A stretch of 63,432 bases of DNA, counting the filler, from Choristocarpus tenellus KU-1152 (Eukaryota > Protista > Phaeophyceae), in assembly GCA_964200185.2 (NCBI GenBank). It is 9 parts of 9 records of this genome, joined end to end, with 100 filler letters (N's around TTAATTAATTAA, not from the genome) between each part and the next. Parts side by side here need not be neighbours in the genome. Positions count along the whole stretch, not along the records: positions 24,826 to 30,156 come from CAXNAD020011127.1; positions 30,257 to 35,477 come from CAXNAD020011457.1; positions 35,578 to 39,238 come from CAXNAD020018661.1; positions 39,339 to 43,768 come from CAXNAD020014591.1; 5 more parts are not named here. One strand, written 5' to 3'. Positions 24,850-40,722 of the stretch are shown one piece after another. The notes beneath the pieces were generated by a model. It was not told where the DNA came from, made no database searches, and saw only the letters and a program-made list of their open reading frames with translations. A program made the translations under genes and the position numbers. Numbering within the stretch: position 1 is the first letter of the stretch; every line of letters starts with the position of its first letter.

Positions 24850-27800
24850 ATGCGGCGACAGGCGAGCCCATCCGAATCGGCTGCAGATGACGCTGGGGGC
24901 TTCTCTCCCAGCTCAAACATACACGCCGCTCACGACTTTACTCAAGGCACCGCCCACAGGTATGGAAGTTCGTTTCCCGCAACCACCAACAGTGTGACAC
25001 ACAAAACTTCCCCCCCGGGCGAACACATCCACTGTATATGTAGAAAACGGTTTCATCACTAACAGGGATGCCCCGATGATCTCTCATATTCTCCTTCACA
25101 ACCGACACACGCCCCATATTTCCCATCGTTCCTCACACAAAACGGCAGACCAAGGGTGTTCGACGTGAGAAGGGACAACTCTTCACGACAGTTCCATGTA
25201 CAGCATCCTGATACACATGTTCTGGGTATCACCGTGTGGGAGAGCAACAGCACCGCCATGCCCCACAATCCGGTCACATCTCATGATCCCACCCAGGGAA
25301 TGCACTACTTAGACCCGCATACGAACAAGAGAGTTTGCCATCCAGATGCACTGTGCCAACAGCATGCTCAGAGGTACTCAACACTAGCGAGTGTCATCCT
25401 CACAAATATTGCGCATATCTACCCTCGACACTTCATGGATTAATCACTGTGTAACATTTTCACCCTCCAACAAAACTGTGACATTACACTACGTACACAT
25501 TGTGCAACCGCCGTCACAACAGGTCATAGATTGGGACAGATGAGGATGTCTATGCCAACTTCAAAGAGAGATTCGAACAGGAGGGGATCTCAGGACCAAT
25601 AACCTGTCTGTCAATATTCGTGAAGTGGACACCATTCTATATTTCAAAGGCCACGCCAAGGTATGTGCGGAAATAGTCTCTCGTTTTTTGGGTACACGCT
25701 ACAGTGGCGACTGGGCAACTCTACATTTCCTGACCGCCACAGGATAGCCGGTCACGTACTGCATCATCACTGTCCACACACAAGGGAGGATAACCCACCG
25801 ACCACATTCCTCCCTCCACTCTCCCGTGCAACACAGATCCTTCATTTGCATCCACCATATGGCCACTGACCTCCAGGTTCAGTGCCTAAGAGAGAACTGG
25901 AAGAAAGTACATGCGAGAATGAGCTTTTGCGATGATGGACAACGCCCTTGCGCATACAATTGCTAATTCTGCAACAAAGGCAAAGGATGCGGGTCTAAAG
26001 AAGTGGAGACTGCACTCGAAAGTGGTGGTCATCTAATGGCCTTCCTCTTGTAAGCTTGTCTTCCAAACCACATCCTTGACGTGGTGAATGTGTTATCGCG
26101 ACGAGCTGTAATGGTATCCAAAATAATGAGACCACTAAAGATACATACACCAACGTACACACACCCAAACCGTTTCACTACGTACTCTACATATGTACTG
26201 CAGTCAAAGCCCAGACTCCACTAGTGACGTTCCATCCGCTACTCAAACATCCACACTGACAACAAAAACCCCTCATGGACTGATCAAAACAAAACAGATG
26301 CGACAGGACCGTGCTGGAACCCCTCAGCGAACCGTCCTCTGGCGGTTCCTTAGGCGGTTTCAAAAATTCATGTGTCGACAGTACATTTAACCTGTGCAAC
26401 TGGAACTCTCATCCCATGTGGAAGTGCCCTTGTATGTTGGACTCTCACAGTACCCGTGTCACATGGAACGAGTTCGTCCACGTATACACCCTGGTGGTAG
26501 AGGCAGATCTGCAACAAAAGACTTGCCAGGAATTAAAGGTGGGCCTTATCCAAACACTCACCAACCAATTAAGTTTTGAAGACGAACCTGTCCGGTTCCA
26601 CCCTTAAGGGGGGAGTACAGGACCGACGTAGCAACCTGCGCAATGTGTCGACCAGACCCTGGTGTAAACATCCAGACCACACACCCATGCTGCAATAAAG
26701 CTATATATATATACCCGCCTACACTGCCACACAGGCGCTGTCATCTAGACTTGGCATCGCCACGCCAAGCGGGACCACCAAAGAGACGACATCATCAAGT
26801 TGATCACCGAAAAATATGCCGAGCTGAGGGCGGACAATCTCATGACGGACGATTTGATTATCGCTAAGTGCATGGTGGGAGAGTCCGCCCCCAACCTCAG
26901 GAGGAACAGGATCGAGGATAACGACGACGAAGACGCCACAGGGTCCACGGACAAACGCAGTCGGAGGCGAAAGGTGAGAGCAACATTTTCATTCCAATAA
27001 TTGTTACGCTGTACATTGCATGTGTCTCACACACGGCGTATTGGTCAAACAACCAGCAGATACTCCCTCCCACAGCACCGTAAATAATCGGTTACACCAG
27101 AGAACTCAGCCCGAATCACCACAACCTACGACCACCAGCAACAACTCCCGATACACGACCACCTCACCCGTTCCATGGAGGTGCTGTTCCCAAGGACAGA
27201 GGGATTCCCCACACTCCTAAAAGTCATATTTGCTAACTTCGAGAAAAGCTTCTTCCTTCATCACAACATCACCATTTGGCAGGCGCAACAATACAAGCAC
27301 TACAAAGCCCGCCTTCCCAAAGGACATGCCGCCATGTCAATGGACTTCAGCGCCCACCTACAACACAACCACCAGGACTTGACATAAGAAGAGTTCTTCA
27401 ACCTATTTCTAACCATTGTCTGGTGGTTGACGGATTTCAGAGAAGAGGGAAATCTCGGGAATGGAAGGGTTTGGGCTCACAGCATGACTGTGTGCAGTGA
27501 AGACTGAAGCCAGGACAACGAGTTTGTCCAGAACGCCGTGGAGATGCTTGTGAAGGACCGCCTAATATCTCTAGCCAGTGAATACGGACAGACTCTAGAG
27601 ATCCTGCACATCTGGTCTGATAGCTGCGGGAGCCAATTCAAGAACAGATGGCAGATGTGGTGGGCTTCACAGTCTTTAGCGCCGATGGGAATTTCCACGG
27701 TACACAACTTCTTTGCCTCATGTCACGGGAAGTCCTTGTCCGATGGAGTCGGGGCTGCGGTGAAGTCTGCCGCCAGAGTGAAAGTATCTCAGAGGGTACG

Positions 27801-30050
27801 AATTTTTCCCTGTTTGTCCATTTGGGGCTTGGCTTCACATGGGTGTTTTTGTGACATTTTCCTACTCCAGAATGTTTCTGCGTAGGCAAAAAGTATACGT
27901 TATGAAAACGCATGTCCGAAACATAGATATTGACACTCCCTAACAAACACGATGACCAAAACTACATCAAAATCGTAACATTAGATTTTGACCCCCAAAT
28001 GGACGCGGCTCTACCCTCTAAGATGCTTTGGCTCGCCAGGAGACTGGAACTACATGGAGTGCGCATGCCGGGAACCTCATCTCTAGTGAATACGATCAAG
28101 GCAACTAAAACTCAGTACACCTTGAGGGATCCGACACAAGAGGAAGAGGGGCGCTATCGCAAACGTCACAAGGTTCCTCCCGGGCAGACAATCGTCACAA
28201 AGGTAGGCGCACTCCACACGACGACCCTCCTCCCCCCCCCACCCACAAAATCCGCCTCTGTTTGCCACTGGTGGCTTCAACCCCGACACGTACACCCCTT
28301 GCCCACGTATATAACAAACACACAACATATGTCGTTGGAACTTATGCCACACCCGTCACTCCCTTCACATCGACACGACACGCCGCATCAAGATAACACA
28401 ATCTGCACTTATGAAAAAAAAGACTACACAGATTGTCCATACACACCTACAACCATCACCACCTTTTCTCCTAGAAGTCTGCCAATCGTTAAGCTCGTAC
28501 AAAAATTACGACTTCCTCTTTTCTTCCCAGCGCCAACGTCGACAATATACCCATCACTTGTAAGAGGAACACATACCATATACACTACATACACGATTCT
28601 CCTCGCCCCCCTGGACCTGATCCATCCTTTCCACTCGCATCGATCTGCACCCTCCGGCTCCTTCATAAATCATACAATAAACACGCAATACACATCATTG
28701 ACCCATTATGTCACATCCACACCTTCCCTTGCGTTGACACCATAGATCACATGATAAATACACACACGAATTTCTTCACGAACCGCACACCGTCCGTGCA
28801 CACTTGCAACCACCGACCTTGATTTAGAATGAGTCTGCCAATCGATAAACCAACCCTAAACTCCAAGTTTTTTTTTCCTTTCACGTTAAAATGTCGGCCA
28901 CATATACTGTGTACGCTACATGGACAGATACCACTCTCTCACGTGTATGATTTTCCCCATTCACAACAATTGATACCTGTTTGTAACTCGCGACACTCTA
29001 TACCCACGAGTCCCATGCTAACACATATATTCCACCAAGGCAACAACAGATCTGGTCCACACATTATGTCACATCCGTGCCTTCCCTTCATGCCAACAAC
29101 ACGGGTCACAGTATGATCGCTCATAGCGTGGTCATCAAGCGACCGCACAAAGTCCATGCAGTCTTGCAACCACGACACTCTATTTCTCGTTAGTCCGCCA
29201 GTCGGCAAAAACTAACCAAAAGAAACTCCAGGTTTTGGGTTTCATCACACACCCCCATCCGTCGTTACCAAACACTTCTTAGTGCAATAGAGGTATCACT
29301 TATCAATACAAAGGAAATATGCAATCACATAGAAGCAGTCACAGCACAATGCCTCGGTGCCGACGCTAACTCCATCACTAACCGCCCCTCCCCTCATACG
29401 CCGAATTGCCACAACCCTTAGGATTGGACGGACAGGGATGGCAGACAGCACAGTAACACATACACAAAAATTCTACACATCGACACGTTCCACACACAGG
29501 AGATAGTCCACCTTCCGTCTTACAAGATTGACCGTGTGGGACAACACGACCCACGTGTCCCGAACCTCAGTAGAATCAAGTCCATGCACAGGTTCTTTAC
29601 TGGTCAGCTCACACCCGGCGGCTCCCGTATACACCGAACTGTCGTGCTACTGCACAAATTGTTCCATCGGCAACCTCGCCCAATGCAGGTGGCAATCAAT
29701 CCACGTGCCCCCACTCAAGCAAATAGACCTCGTATTTTCCACCGAAGCGGGAACAGATGATATGTATCTGAGAAGTCAGCTGTCCAGGAAGAAGAGACAG
29801 CTCGCCGAGGGGAACATATGCATTGTGCGGACGCAGCCAACGGAGTACAATGATATAGAGTTATTGCCGTTCACTGTCCACGACAACGACACAATTCAAT
29901 GGAACGCTAGACACCACTCCAGCTACGGAGGGATGTTCAGTGCTGGAGATGAGATCGTCTTCGTCACTGAAGACATCGAGGTGCTGAATTCCAGATTCAT
30001 TGATGGCGTGCCAACTATCCACATGTCACGGACGGACAAGGTGGGTAACG
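24850..30050 (+). mobile_element. Sola2-like DDD transposase pseudogene, apparently intron-containing
   Basis: One frame across 27175-27796 reads AAMSMDFSAHL..*..VCSED*SQDNEFVQ..HIWSDSCGSQFKNRW..HNFFASCHGKSLSDGVGAAVKS, matching the Sola2-type MDF / SD.C..Q.KN / F...HGK...DG.G..K motifs. A C-terminal SRIKSMHRF and LSCYCTNC occur at ~29560-29660. In-frame stops and a frameshift are present. Confidence 0.75.
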
Positions 30051-30688
30051 CTTCTTATTGCTTCCAACACAAAACAATGCCCCACACGAATGAATCCACG
30101 CTGTCCCTATACACATGTCACATATCCCCTCATATCCCCTCTAACCAACATAGAATNNNNNNNNNNNNNNNNNNNNNNNNNNNNNNNNNNNNNNNNNNNN
30201 TTAATTAATTAANNNNNNNNNNNNNNNNNNNNNNNNNNNNNNNNNNNNNNNNNNNNGGTGGGGGCAATGGGAGTGGTGGGAGTGGGAGTGAATGTAGGGG
30301 TAGCCCTAAGAGGTGGAACCCAAAGGGCGTATCACCAGACCGTGCACTCGCTGGTGCACTCTCCACATCAAGGGGGCCACCAGCAGCATCAGCGGTCCCA
30401 GGGGGGGGAGGGGGGGGGGGTGAGAGTGATTTCTACACTCGGAAGAATCGGCCAAGAAGATCATGAAATGTACCGTTTCTGGAACAAGCAGAAATCACAA
30501 GGGATATGTGTTGACTGAGGGGGATGAAAATGACTGTTGTGTCTGCTCTCCGTAGTTGCTTGTTAACTTTTTGGACAGGGGTTAGATTGCAGAATGTGTT
30601 GGTTTGTATCCCCCCCAGTGCTGAAAACCGTTGATGGCAGATACGATATCTTGATGTAGGGCGTTTCTCTCCTGTTCTTCTCCTTTTC

Positions 30689-30882
30689 ATGTGTGTGTGT
30701 GTGTGTGTGCGTTTCATCTTTGCTTGGGTGTAGAATGATGAGTAATACATTCATGAATATTGAACATGTTTTAGTCATCCCTGTTGGGGGAGGGGGGTAG
30801 AGGAAGGGATAAGGGGGCCCCGTGCACATGTATGTGATTCCTTTTGAGGAGTAAGAATGTGCTTGTGTGTGTGTGTGTGTGT
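30689..30882. repeat. (GT)n microsatellites
   Basis: Runs at ~30689-30709 and ~30864-30882. Confidence 0.85.
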
Positions 30883-33800
30883 ATGTTTTTGTGTGCTTCA
30901 TGCTTGTATAAAAGGTTTCATACCATAGTATCATCCCTTTGAGGGAGTAAAAAGACAGGGAAGTAGCAAGCAGAGATTGATACGGGAGACATAGCTGCAT
31001 CCTTGCTATCATTTATTTTGTGTTCTCCACTGATGCAGTGTTTTTGTTTGTTGTAGTTGGATTGATTGGAGAATGTGATGGGGAACGTTTCAATCATAGC
31101 TAGCCAGAGGTTTATTTAATCCCGTATGCTGCAGTCTATGGTTTGATAGCCTAAGCCTGCCCCAAGCCCCAGGTACACCAATAATCCACTACAATACTAC
31201 TCTGAGGAGGGGGGTGGGGTAGGGATCACTGCTGGTGATCTTGGGTCTCCTCAGCTCAGGTTTTGGGCTAGGTAGAAGGTTAGCATAGGAAGGTAAAGGG
31301 TGGACAGGACACCCTTTATTCAAATGTGTGTGGAAGATCGTTTGGTATGTCTGCTTCTCTCTGCAGGCATTTCTAGTGCTTCCACTGTCTGTGAAACGAG
31401 TCGATTTCCTTTCTATAAAATCTTGAAGCAATATTTCCAGTTGTAGGTCAGTGTTGGACTTTTGTGCCTCTCAGATACAACACAGGCAGATGGTGCCTTC
31501 AATTTCGAGTCCGTGTGTTGTTGTACCTCTGCCTGCTACTGAACGCTTCCTTCTTGTTGATGTTATGTCGTTGTAGAAGTAGCAACTTTGAAATGGAAAT
31601 GAAAATATTAACAATATGTGATTGAGTGATCCGGGTAATATAAACAATAATAACAAACAATTAGTAAAAGATTCAACATGATCCTCGAAATGCAACAATG
31701 AGGAGGATTGCAATGTGAAGGAAGTCCTTTGGAGCATAATAAGCAAACTCTGCTACTTGAAGAGTCTCTTTTTGAAAAATCCTCTGTTCTATTCTTCTGC
31801 CATGTACAGGGTTACTTTGCATGGCCGTATAACTTGTGTAGAAATTGCTGAGCCTGCCTTGAGCGTTGATCAACAGAAGCATTTTTTTTTTCGCTGGAGA
31901 TGGATAATTGTTATTTGTGGCGTAACAGGTACAACATGTAAAATAGTAGGTTATTTCGTGCCCTCAGTGAGATATGGCATTTGTCATTTTCAACTTCCGT
32001 GTTCTTCTTGGTGGTAGACTTGAAACTACATACTCGTAGTAGCAGTAGTAGTAGTACATCTATTAGTACAATCCGTGCACCTATATAAGAGAGGGTAGGG
32101 GCAACCGGAAAAACCCTCTCTAATTGTATATAAGAGCGCATTTGTTCTTAAACCTAGTGATCGTTATAAGAGAAACCTATGCTATCTCGAGCAATAGTCC
32201 CTGTAAACACAATAAATTTGTCCCGAACAATGACAGAGCGATCTCCTTGCTGTATGTGCTTCCCATGTGCCTTCAACAGCAGTTACATATAGATGTGTAT
32301 TGAACATTGCCCTCAGTGAGCCCATTTCAATGAAGCTGTGGTGGTGTAGCAAGCACAACATCTACGCCACCCCTGCACAGTATACCACTGTCGTATATAT
32401 ACAGTGCTTTGGTAAATTACACTCATTACAATGTATTCACTTGTATGTTTAGTGCACATTCCCAAGAAAAGCATCCGCAAGTTGTTGGATGGCTGGACAG
32501 ACAACTTCCCCAGTTCAAATCAAATCAACGTTCAAAGCTAACCTCCCTCCAATGGACTGCCCTACATATTCAATTGCACTCTACAAGGAAAATTATACAG
32601 TACAATATCAAAAACGCCACTGTGGATCAAATACAGCTGCACCGCCATACACCTCCCATTGTGTACACGGAGTAAAATAATTATGCACTAACTAAAAAAT
32701 CACGACTGCCAAAAAACCCGCCAACAGCCTGCTTGTTTGGTTGCCCTTGCCCCAATTGCGCTGAGCCAAGCCGGCTTTGCTTTCCAGAGATGGTACGAAA
32801 CATATCTCAAGAAACAGGTAGTTTTGCGGCTCTTGCCTCTTGAAATTGTTTCAAGACTGTCGTCCACCTATGGAACGGCAGGTTGGCGCGACATTGGCAG
32901 CAGGAGGAAGGGCGATACAAAAGTGCTAGATATTGAGTCTTGGCAGGACGCACTTACAGATATGCAGTGCCACACGGTGAAATTAAAATTGTACGGGTGG
33001 ACACCGAGCGAAGGGAGGTGTTCCACCTTTCATACCAGATTGTTACACAAATCAAAGATGTACACATATTTGGCATAGGGACAAAAAAAAAATAGTGATG
33101 TATGTGTGTGTGTCACACCGTTGGCCACTGTTTCAAACATTTCTTGTGCTACACTCAATGACACGGCCTCAAACCGGTGGCAAAATGACCCTGACTCGAG
33201 CAGATTGTATCACCATTTGCTGTCTTGTCAGTGTCTGCTCGGCACCGGGAGTTGTCGCCAGAAAATGGCGCTCAGCGGCAGCTTTATCCCCATTTTGATA
33301 CATGAAATTGGTGAGGGTCAGGCTGAGCATTGCTCTGTGGGACAGTTGCACCTGACATTTCTTGTGCCACCCTACTCAGAACGCACCCTCCATCCACTTG
33401 GAATATATGCTTATAATCAGTAGTTCATCAGCGCATTTTTTGGTATGTTCATGAGTGGTCGGCATGCAAAGGTAGCTATACATTTTGTCCAGAACAGCTG
33501 ACACTATGAGTCTAGCTATGAGTGGTGTTCATGGTATTTGTTATTTGCAAAAACAACACTCTCAGCCCATGGTCACAGGATCAGTCAAAAATTGAAACAT
33601 ATCCCTGTTGAAGAGGCTCAGGTTTAATTATATACCATAATATAGGGTGCGTTAAGCGGCAAGTACATACAGAACAACTGAGGGGAATTCTCAACCATCT
33701 GGATTACAATATTCCATGCTTGGGTTGTGGATCATCGAGCTTAGGAACGTGATGTCAACTAGGCCCTCGGGTCACTATGACATATGGGACGATCTGCCTT

Positions 33801-34579
33801 CCATTTAGAGGGTTAGAAGCTCTCAGTTGTCGACGTAGGTTCCTCGCTTGTTGTTGGAATTGTTTTTGGGTGCAGCTGCTAGACTACTACTTCACAGCTG
33901 GCTTTGGTTGCGATATGTCCAACACACCAATCGGCCAATGCCGATGATACGGCAATAACATGCAGTACCTCCTACTATGACATACATCCCTCATACTCTT
34001 TACAAGACAAAATTTTCAGCCTACCACAGGTACAGGGTGCGTTTCCACCCCTTCAAACATTTCATACTGCATAGGTGCTTACTGTACTATATCTTTCTTA
34101 ACATCATCGTCAACAGGATTGAATTCAGTACAGTAGAGTACTAGACTACTATGTTGTACTCCTGCAGCAGACTGCACGGTTCAGTACTGTACGGCATAAT
34201 TGTGAGAGGTAACGTTATGACACACACACCAACTATACAGCACAACACGTTTTATGTTTTACACTCAATGTACGGAGAGCACTTGACACACTAAACAGGA
34301 ATTGCTATTTTGAAGTGTAGGAAGTACATCACAGGTGGCCATTTTGCACCTTGTGACACCCTGTACAAGGTGTCCCAGTATATTAATCCCATATGGACAC
34401 CTTGTGGAACATGCCTCTACGAGCAAAATGGCCACCCGTGATACTACACTACACATTACGGACATCATAGTACGATAGAAACGAGCGCAAAATTTCAATA
34501 AAAGTCAATCATGATCCTCATCAGCAAAAAATTCAGTCGCGATCACAATCAATCTACTTTCACATTTTCAATCCACGTG

Positions 34580-34846
34580 CTGACGCACCTTGACATGTTT
34601 GGCACCCCTCGTAGACTTGGCGTTAGGCTTCAATGTCTGCGCTTTCTCCAAGATGGTTGTTGCCTCCTTCTTCAACTTGTAGAGGGTGTTGTAACCGATT
34701 CCAAACTTTTGAGGAGCCGAAGTTCCCGTTATGGTCTTCAGGAGTGTCGACGCTTCGACCTTCTCTGCAAAGCTCAAGTGTTTACGATTGTCGACACCAC
34801 GAGGCTTGCAGGACGTGACTTTCTTCATATATTTATTTGGCAGCAT
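34580..34846 (-). mobile_element. pogo/Tigger (CENP-B-like N-terminal HTH) transposase remnant
   Basis: RKHLSFAEKVEASTLLK..TSAPQKFGIGYNTLYKLKK resembles the CENP-B_N/HTH_psq domain. No intact DDE domain is found downstream. Confidence 0.6.
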
Positions 34847-35644
34847 CTTCCCCTTGCCCTTGTTCTTGATATATCGTGGTGCTTCGACACTGTGTTGTCA
34901 CCAGCTGGAGGACTCGAAGCCTTGCACTTGGTGGGGCTCACGCACAATTTGCACACGCATTTCATTTCGCTGGCGCCAGAAGGATCCACGACGCTGCAAA
35001 TGCCATGAAGATAGCCGCTACAAATACGACACTTATGGCATGTACGGTGTGGCGGACCAGGAGTATTACCCTGTATGTTGCAGGTGGATCTTGCTGCATA
35101 AGACACCGTCTGTTACAGCGCCCCCGAAAGCTTACCTCCACAGGATGTATAGCTCCAATCTACGGGCCTCTACACGATACTGATGCACGTATAGGACTCC
35201 TGATGCACAAGTCGTCAAGTATGCTGGATCTCTCACTTGGATTATCATCATCATCGTAGAAGAAAGGAACTGGTCTACGATGTCTTACCACAATCGGGGA
35301 CCATAATGACCAAATAATAAATAAATAAATAAGTACGAATATATCAAATCTAGAACTTCAATGTCATAATGGTGTTTACGAATATATCGCCTGTGACATG
35401 CCCCCCTAGCATGAAGCATACCTGCTTCAATGCCATAAAAAGGCGATTGGACAAGGAAATATAATGTCACTCCTCATNNNNNNNNNNNNNNNNNNNNNNN
35501 NNNNNNNNNNNNNNNNNNNNNTTAATTAATTAANNNNNNNNNNNNNNNNNNNNNNNNNNNNNNNNNNNNNNNNNNNNCCCCCTGATACTTTGGGTCTTAT
35601 TGACCACTAACTGAGACACAAACTATGTCAATGCGTATGTACAC

Positions 35645-35648
<4 letters not shown>

Positions 35649-35683
<35 letters not shown>

Positions 35684-35808
35684 TGTGTGTGTGTGTCTCC
35701 TGATTGGTAAGTTGATTACTGAATAAAAAAAGCACGTTGAATAGCCTGGTGACGCCAACTCTTTTGAGACACACCATCTCACTCTCTCTCTCTCTCTCTC
35801 TCTCTCTT
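35649..35808. repeat. Intronic microsatellites (AT)n, (GT)n and (CT)n
   Basis: Runs at ~35649-35680, 35684-35696 and 35782-35806. Confidence 0.85.
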
Positions 35809-35952
35809 TCCAGAAGTCATCAAACAAAGGTGGTTTGTAGCATTCAACAACACGCAGCAGCCTACTACATGCACTTCTCGGCAGGTGCACCGAGCTATTC
35901 CTGAGAAAAAAAGAAGGATAAAGGACGGGGGAGGGGGAGGTCAGTGGGGCAC

Positions 35953-36970
35953 CTGCAACTTGACCCGTCCCTGCTGTGATGCTCTCCGCCACTGTTCCTG
36001 CCTGAAACACCGCATCTCCCACACCTCGCACCGCCGTGCTCACAAGGCCCAGGCTACCTGCCAGCGTAGACCTTCCCAGGCGCGAGAGGCCTTGGAGAGG
36101 ATCAGGCGTATGCTTTTGCTCAGCACGTCCATTGGGCGGTGCATCTCCAGGGCGCTGGTGATGGGGTGGTCCTTGTCTCCCCGCAGCACCTTCTGCTGCT
36201 GGGTTCCTGGATGGGTAGCGTTTGGGAGGTTCCACACGGCCTTCTGTGGGTCCTGGGTGTGCATCTGTGGAGCCCACTGTGCCCACAGTGGAAGGTGGAC
36301 CGAGGTTGCTGCTTGCTGTGTCCAGGACCGAGGAGAGCCCCTAACGTGACAGGCGGCGGGGTCGCCCAATTAAGAAAACACCCGATTGAAAGGATGAAAT
36401 TGGGTCGCGTTGGGGGTGACTCATTGTAGTGGTCACATATGTAGATTTGGAATATAGTAGAAACCTGATTGTTTCATTGGTAATGGTGGTGGAGAGTAAC
36501 CAAGGCAACTAGCCGTGACATACATACGTTGGTAATGATGTGTGCTGTTGGACGTACAGTCCTGACGAGTCCAACGAGCGAGACAGAAACCGCACCTGGA
36601 CGGTGGCACCCACGGCCTTGATGCTCCCACCAGTCACACCAGCGATTGTATCTCCTGTGATGCGTATGATGTCTCCCACCGCTCGAGTTCGGGCATGCAA
36701 AAAGGACAGTACGCCGGAGGCAACAATGGCATCTTCGTCCAAATCATCTGCCACCGCCCAACCTTGTGGAGACTTTGAGGGTTCAACCGAGGAGGTCACT
36801 GCAGATGATTTGGTGGTGTCAATGTCATTGGCCTTAACCTGTGCTTCCTCTGCCTTGGTTTCTTGTGCGCTCCTTCCGCGTGGTGTCGTTGACGCTGATG
36901 TCCCCGTAGCAGAAAAAGTCCAAAGCAGGAGACACGATGAACCCATTAGGTGTGTTAGACGTAACCTCAT
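35953..36970 (-). CDS. Hypothetical protein with predicted signal peptide (3'-partial; exons 36970-36596 and 36340-35953)
   Basis: Hydrophobic N-terminus MRLRLTHLMGSSCLLLWTFSATG, an in-frame GT-AG splice, and G/A/V/T-rich amphipathic segments (VGDIIRITGDTIAGVTGGSIKAVG; VRGVGDAVFQAGTVAESITAGTG). Confidence 0.7.
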
Positions 36971-39220
<2,250 letters not shown>

Positions 39221-40001
39221 GTGAGGTTTGATTGAGGGNNNNNNNNNNNNNNNNNNNNNNNNNNNNNNNNNNNNNNNNNNNNTTAATTAATTAANNNNNN
39301 NNNNNNNNNNNNNNNNNNNNNNNNNNNNNNNNNNNNNNCACATGATTGACAAACTTAAGGACTCTTGCTCAAACCATACTATGCCTTCACATCAGTCCAA
39401 AGGGAAGGGGAGGGGGGGGGGGGTACAACATGCAGACATCCGAACAAGGAGGGTAGAACTCTACACTATAACTGTTCAGTAGCAACAGGTGGTAGGTGTA
39501 CTATGTTGCCCAAACCATGGTTGTTCATCTTTACTATCCAAAATAAGAGCACTGCAGCAAGAGGGCTTATCATATTGGTGGGACAATGCAACCCACTTTC
39601 AACAATACCATGCATTGCAAAAAGGTCAACAATGTGCAGCCACACTATCCTGTTAACCAGTCGACCAATCGATTTCATTGCTGCTTTGAACACTATAAGA
39701 ACTGGTGAGGGAGTGAGAATATAACCATATAACTCAATGGTCTCACTATGAAGTGGGCATGCTATATTTGTGGGGGAAACAGGCATGTTTGGAGGTTGTG
39801 GCAGAACAAGCGGGTCACGGAAATACCACAGAAGTGCTGTGGAAAATACAAGCATAGACGTTGAAACTACACTGTAGCGGCCTGTACAAGAAGATTTCAA
39901 GGGCACTCCTACGTGTGGAAGTCGGGAGTCACAGTGACTGAGTGTGCTCTCATCACCCAAGATCCTTCAGTTAAAGAATATACTGTGTAGGTCGAGCACA
40001 C

Positions 40002-40142
40002 GAGGCTCCTTGGTGTGAATTACAGGCGGCAAGCTACTGACATGTGGAACACAACGAGCCTGGGGTCTAGGCGAAGCATATGAGGCTCCTTGGTGTGAAT
40101 TACAGCCAGCAAGTCACTGAGCTGTGGAACACAACTCGAGCC
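40002..40142. repeat. Two-copy direct repeat (~60-nt unit, 80-nt period)
   Basis: gaggctccttggtgtgaattacag..caag...ctga..tgtggaacacaac..gagcc occurs at 40002 and 40082. Confidence 0.85.
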
Positions 40143-40722
40143 CAAGATATCAGCTCAACGAGGTAACAGGTGTGTTAAGCATCGATTTCAGTTTTACTGC
40201 ATTTCAGATCGTGCACTAAGTAGTGCCAAACCATAATATTACTAGATAGGCACGGAGTCCAACAGCCAGTTGCTGATGTGGCAAATGGAGTTTCACCTAC
40301 TCTTCAGGAGTTATTCACTTCCATTAATCACGTTGCCCAAAGCCAAACCTAGTTGCCAGGATTCAAATAAGTCTTTCAACCCGCAGGAGCGTAAGTCATT
40401 TCTTGAACTATTCCCTCCGGAATCAATCATGTAGGAGTGATGACAGCCCCGCACTAGGTCCCCAGAATAACGAAAATTTCCACGATCTCCATCTGCCCCC
40501 GAGTTCAAGGTGCCTGCATTCGCACAATTTCTACCCTCCCCTTAGATTCTCGTATCGTCACATAATTCTATATTTCCAACATACCTTAGCTTGTGCACCA
40601 ATATAGGGTGCTTAATTTTGACAGGGCTACACCAAATCATCCCAGTTCGTGAGATTGCTAACTATGCCACTGACCTTACGCTTCTCGATTCACCTCATCG
40701 GCCCCACCACTTCCACACCCAC

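Noticed and set aside
28203-28745. Thr/His/Pro-rich C-terminal half of the 271-aa ORF
   Set aside because: Likely read-through into a C/A-rich intron after the GT donor at ~28203.
40002-40142. Possible CRISPR array
   Set aside because: Only two long imperfect units, in a eukaryotic intron, with no cas genes.
40311-40515. Candidate third ferredoxin exon
   Set aside because: It lacks the Cys ligands. The CSTC-like string near 40040 lies in a repeat and is followed by a stop.
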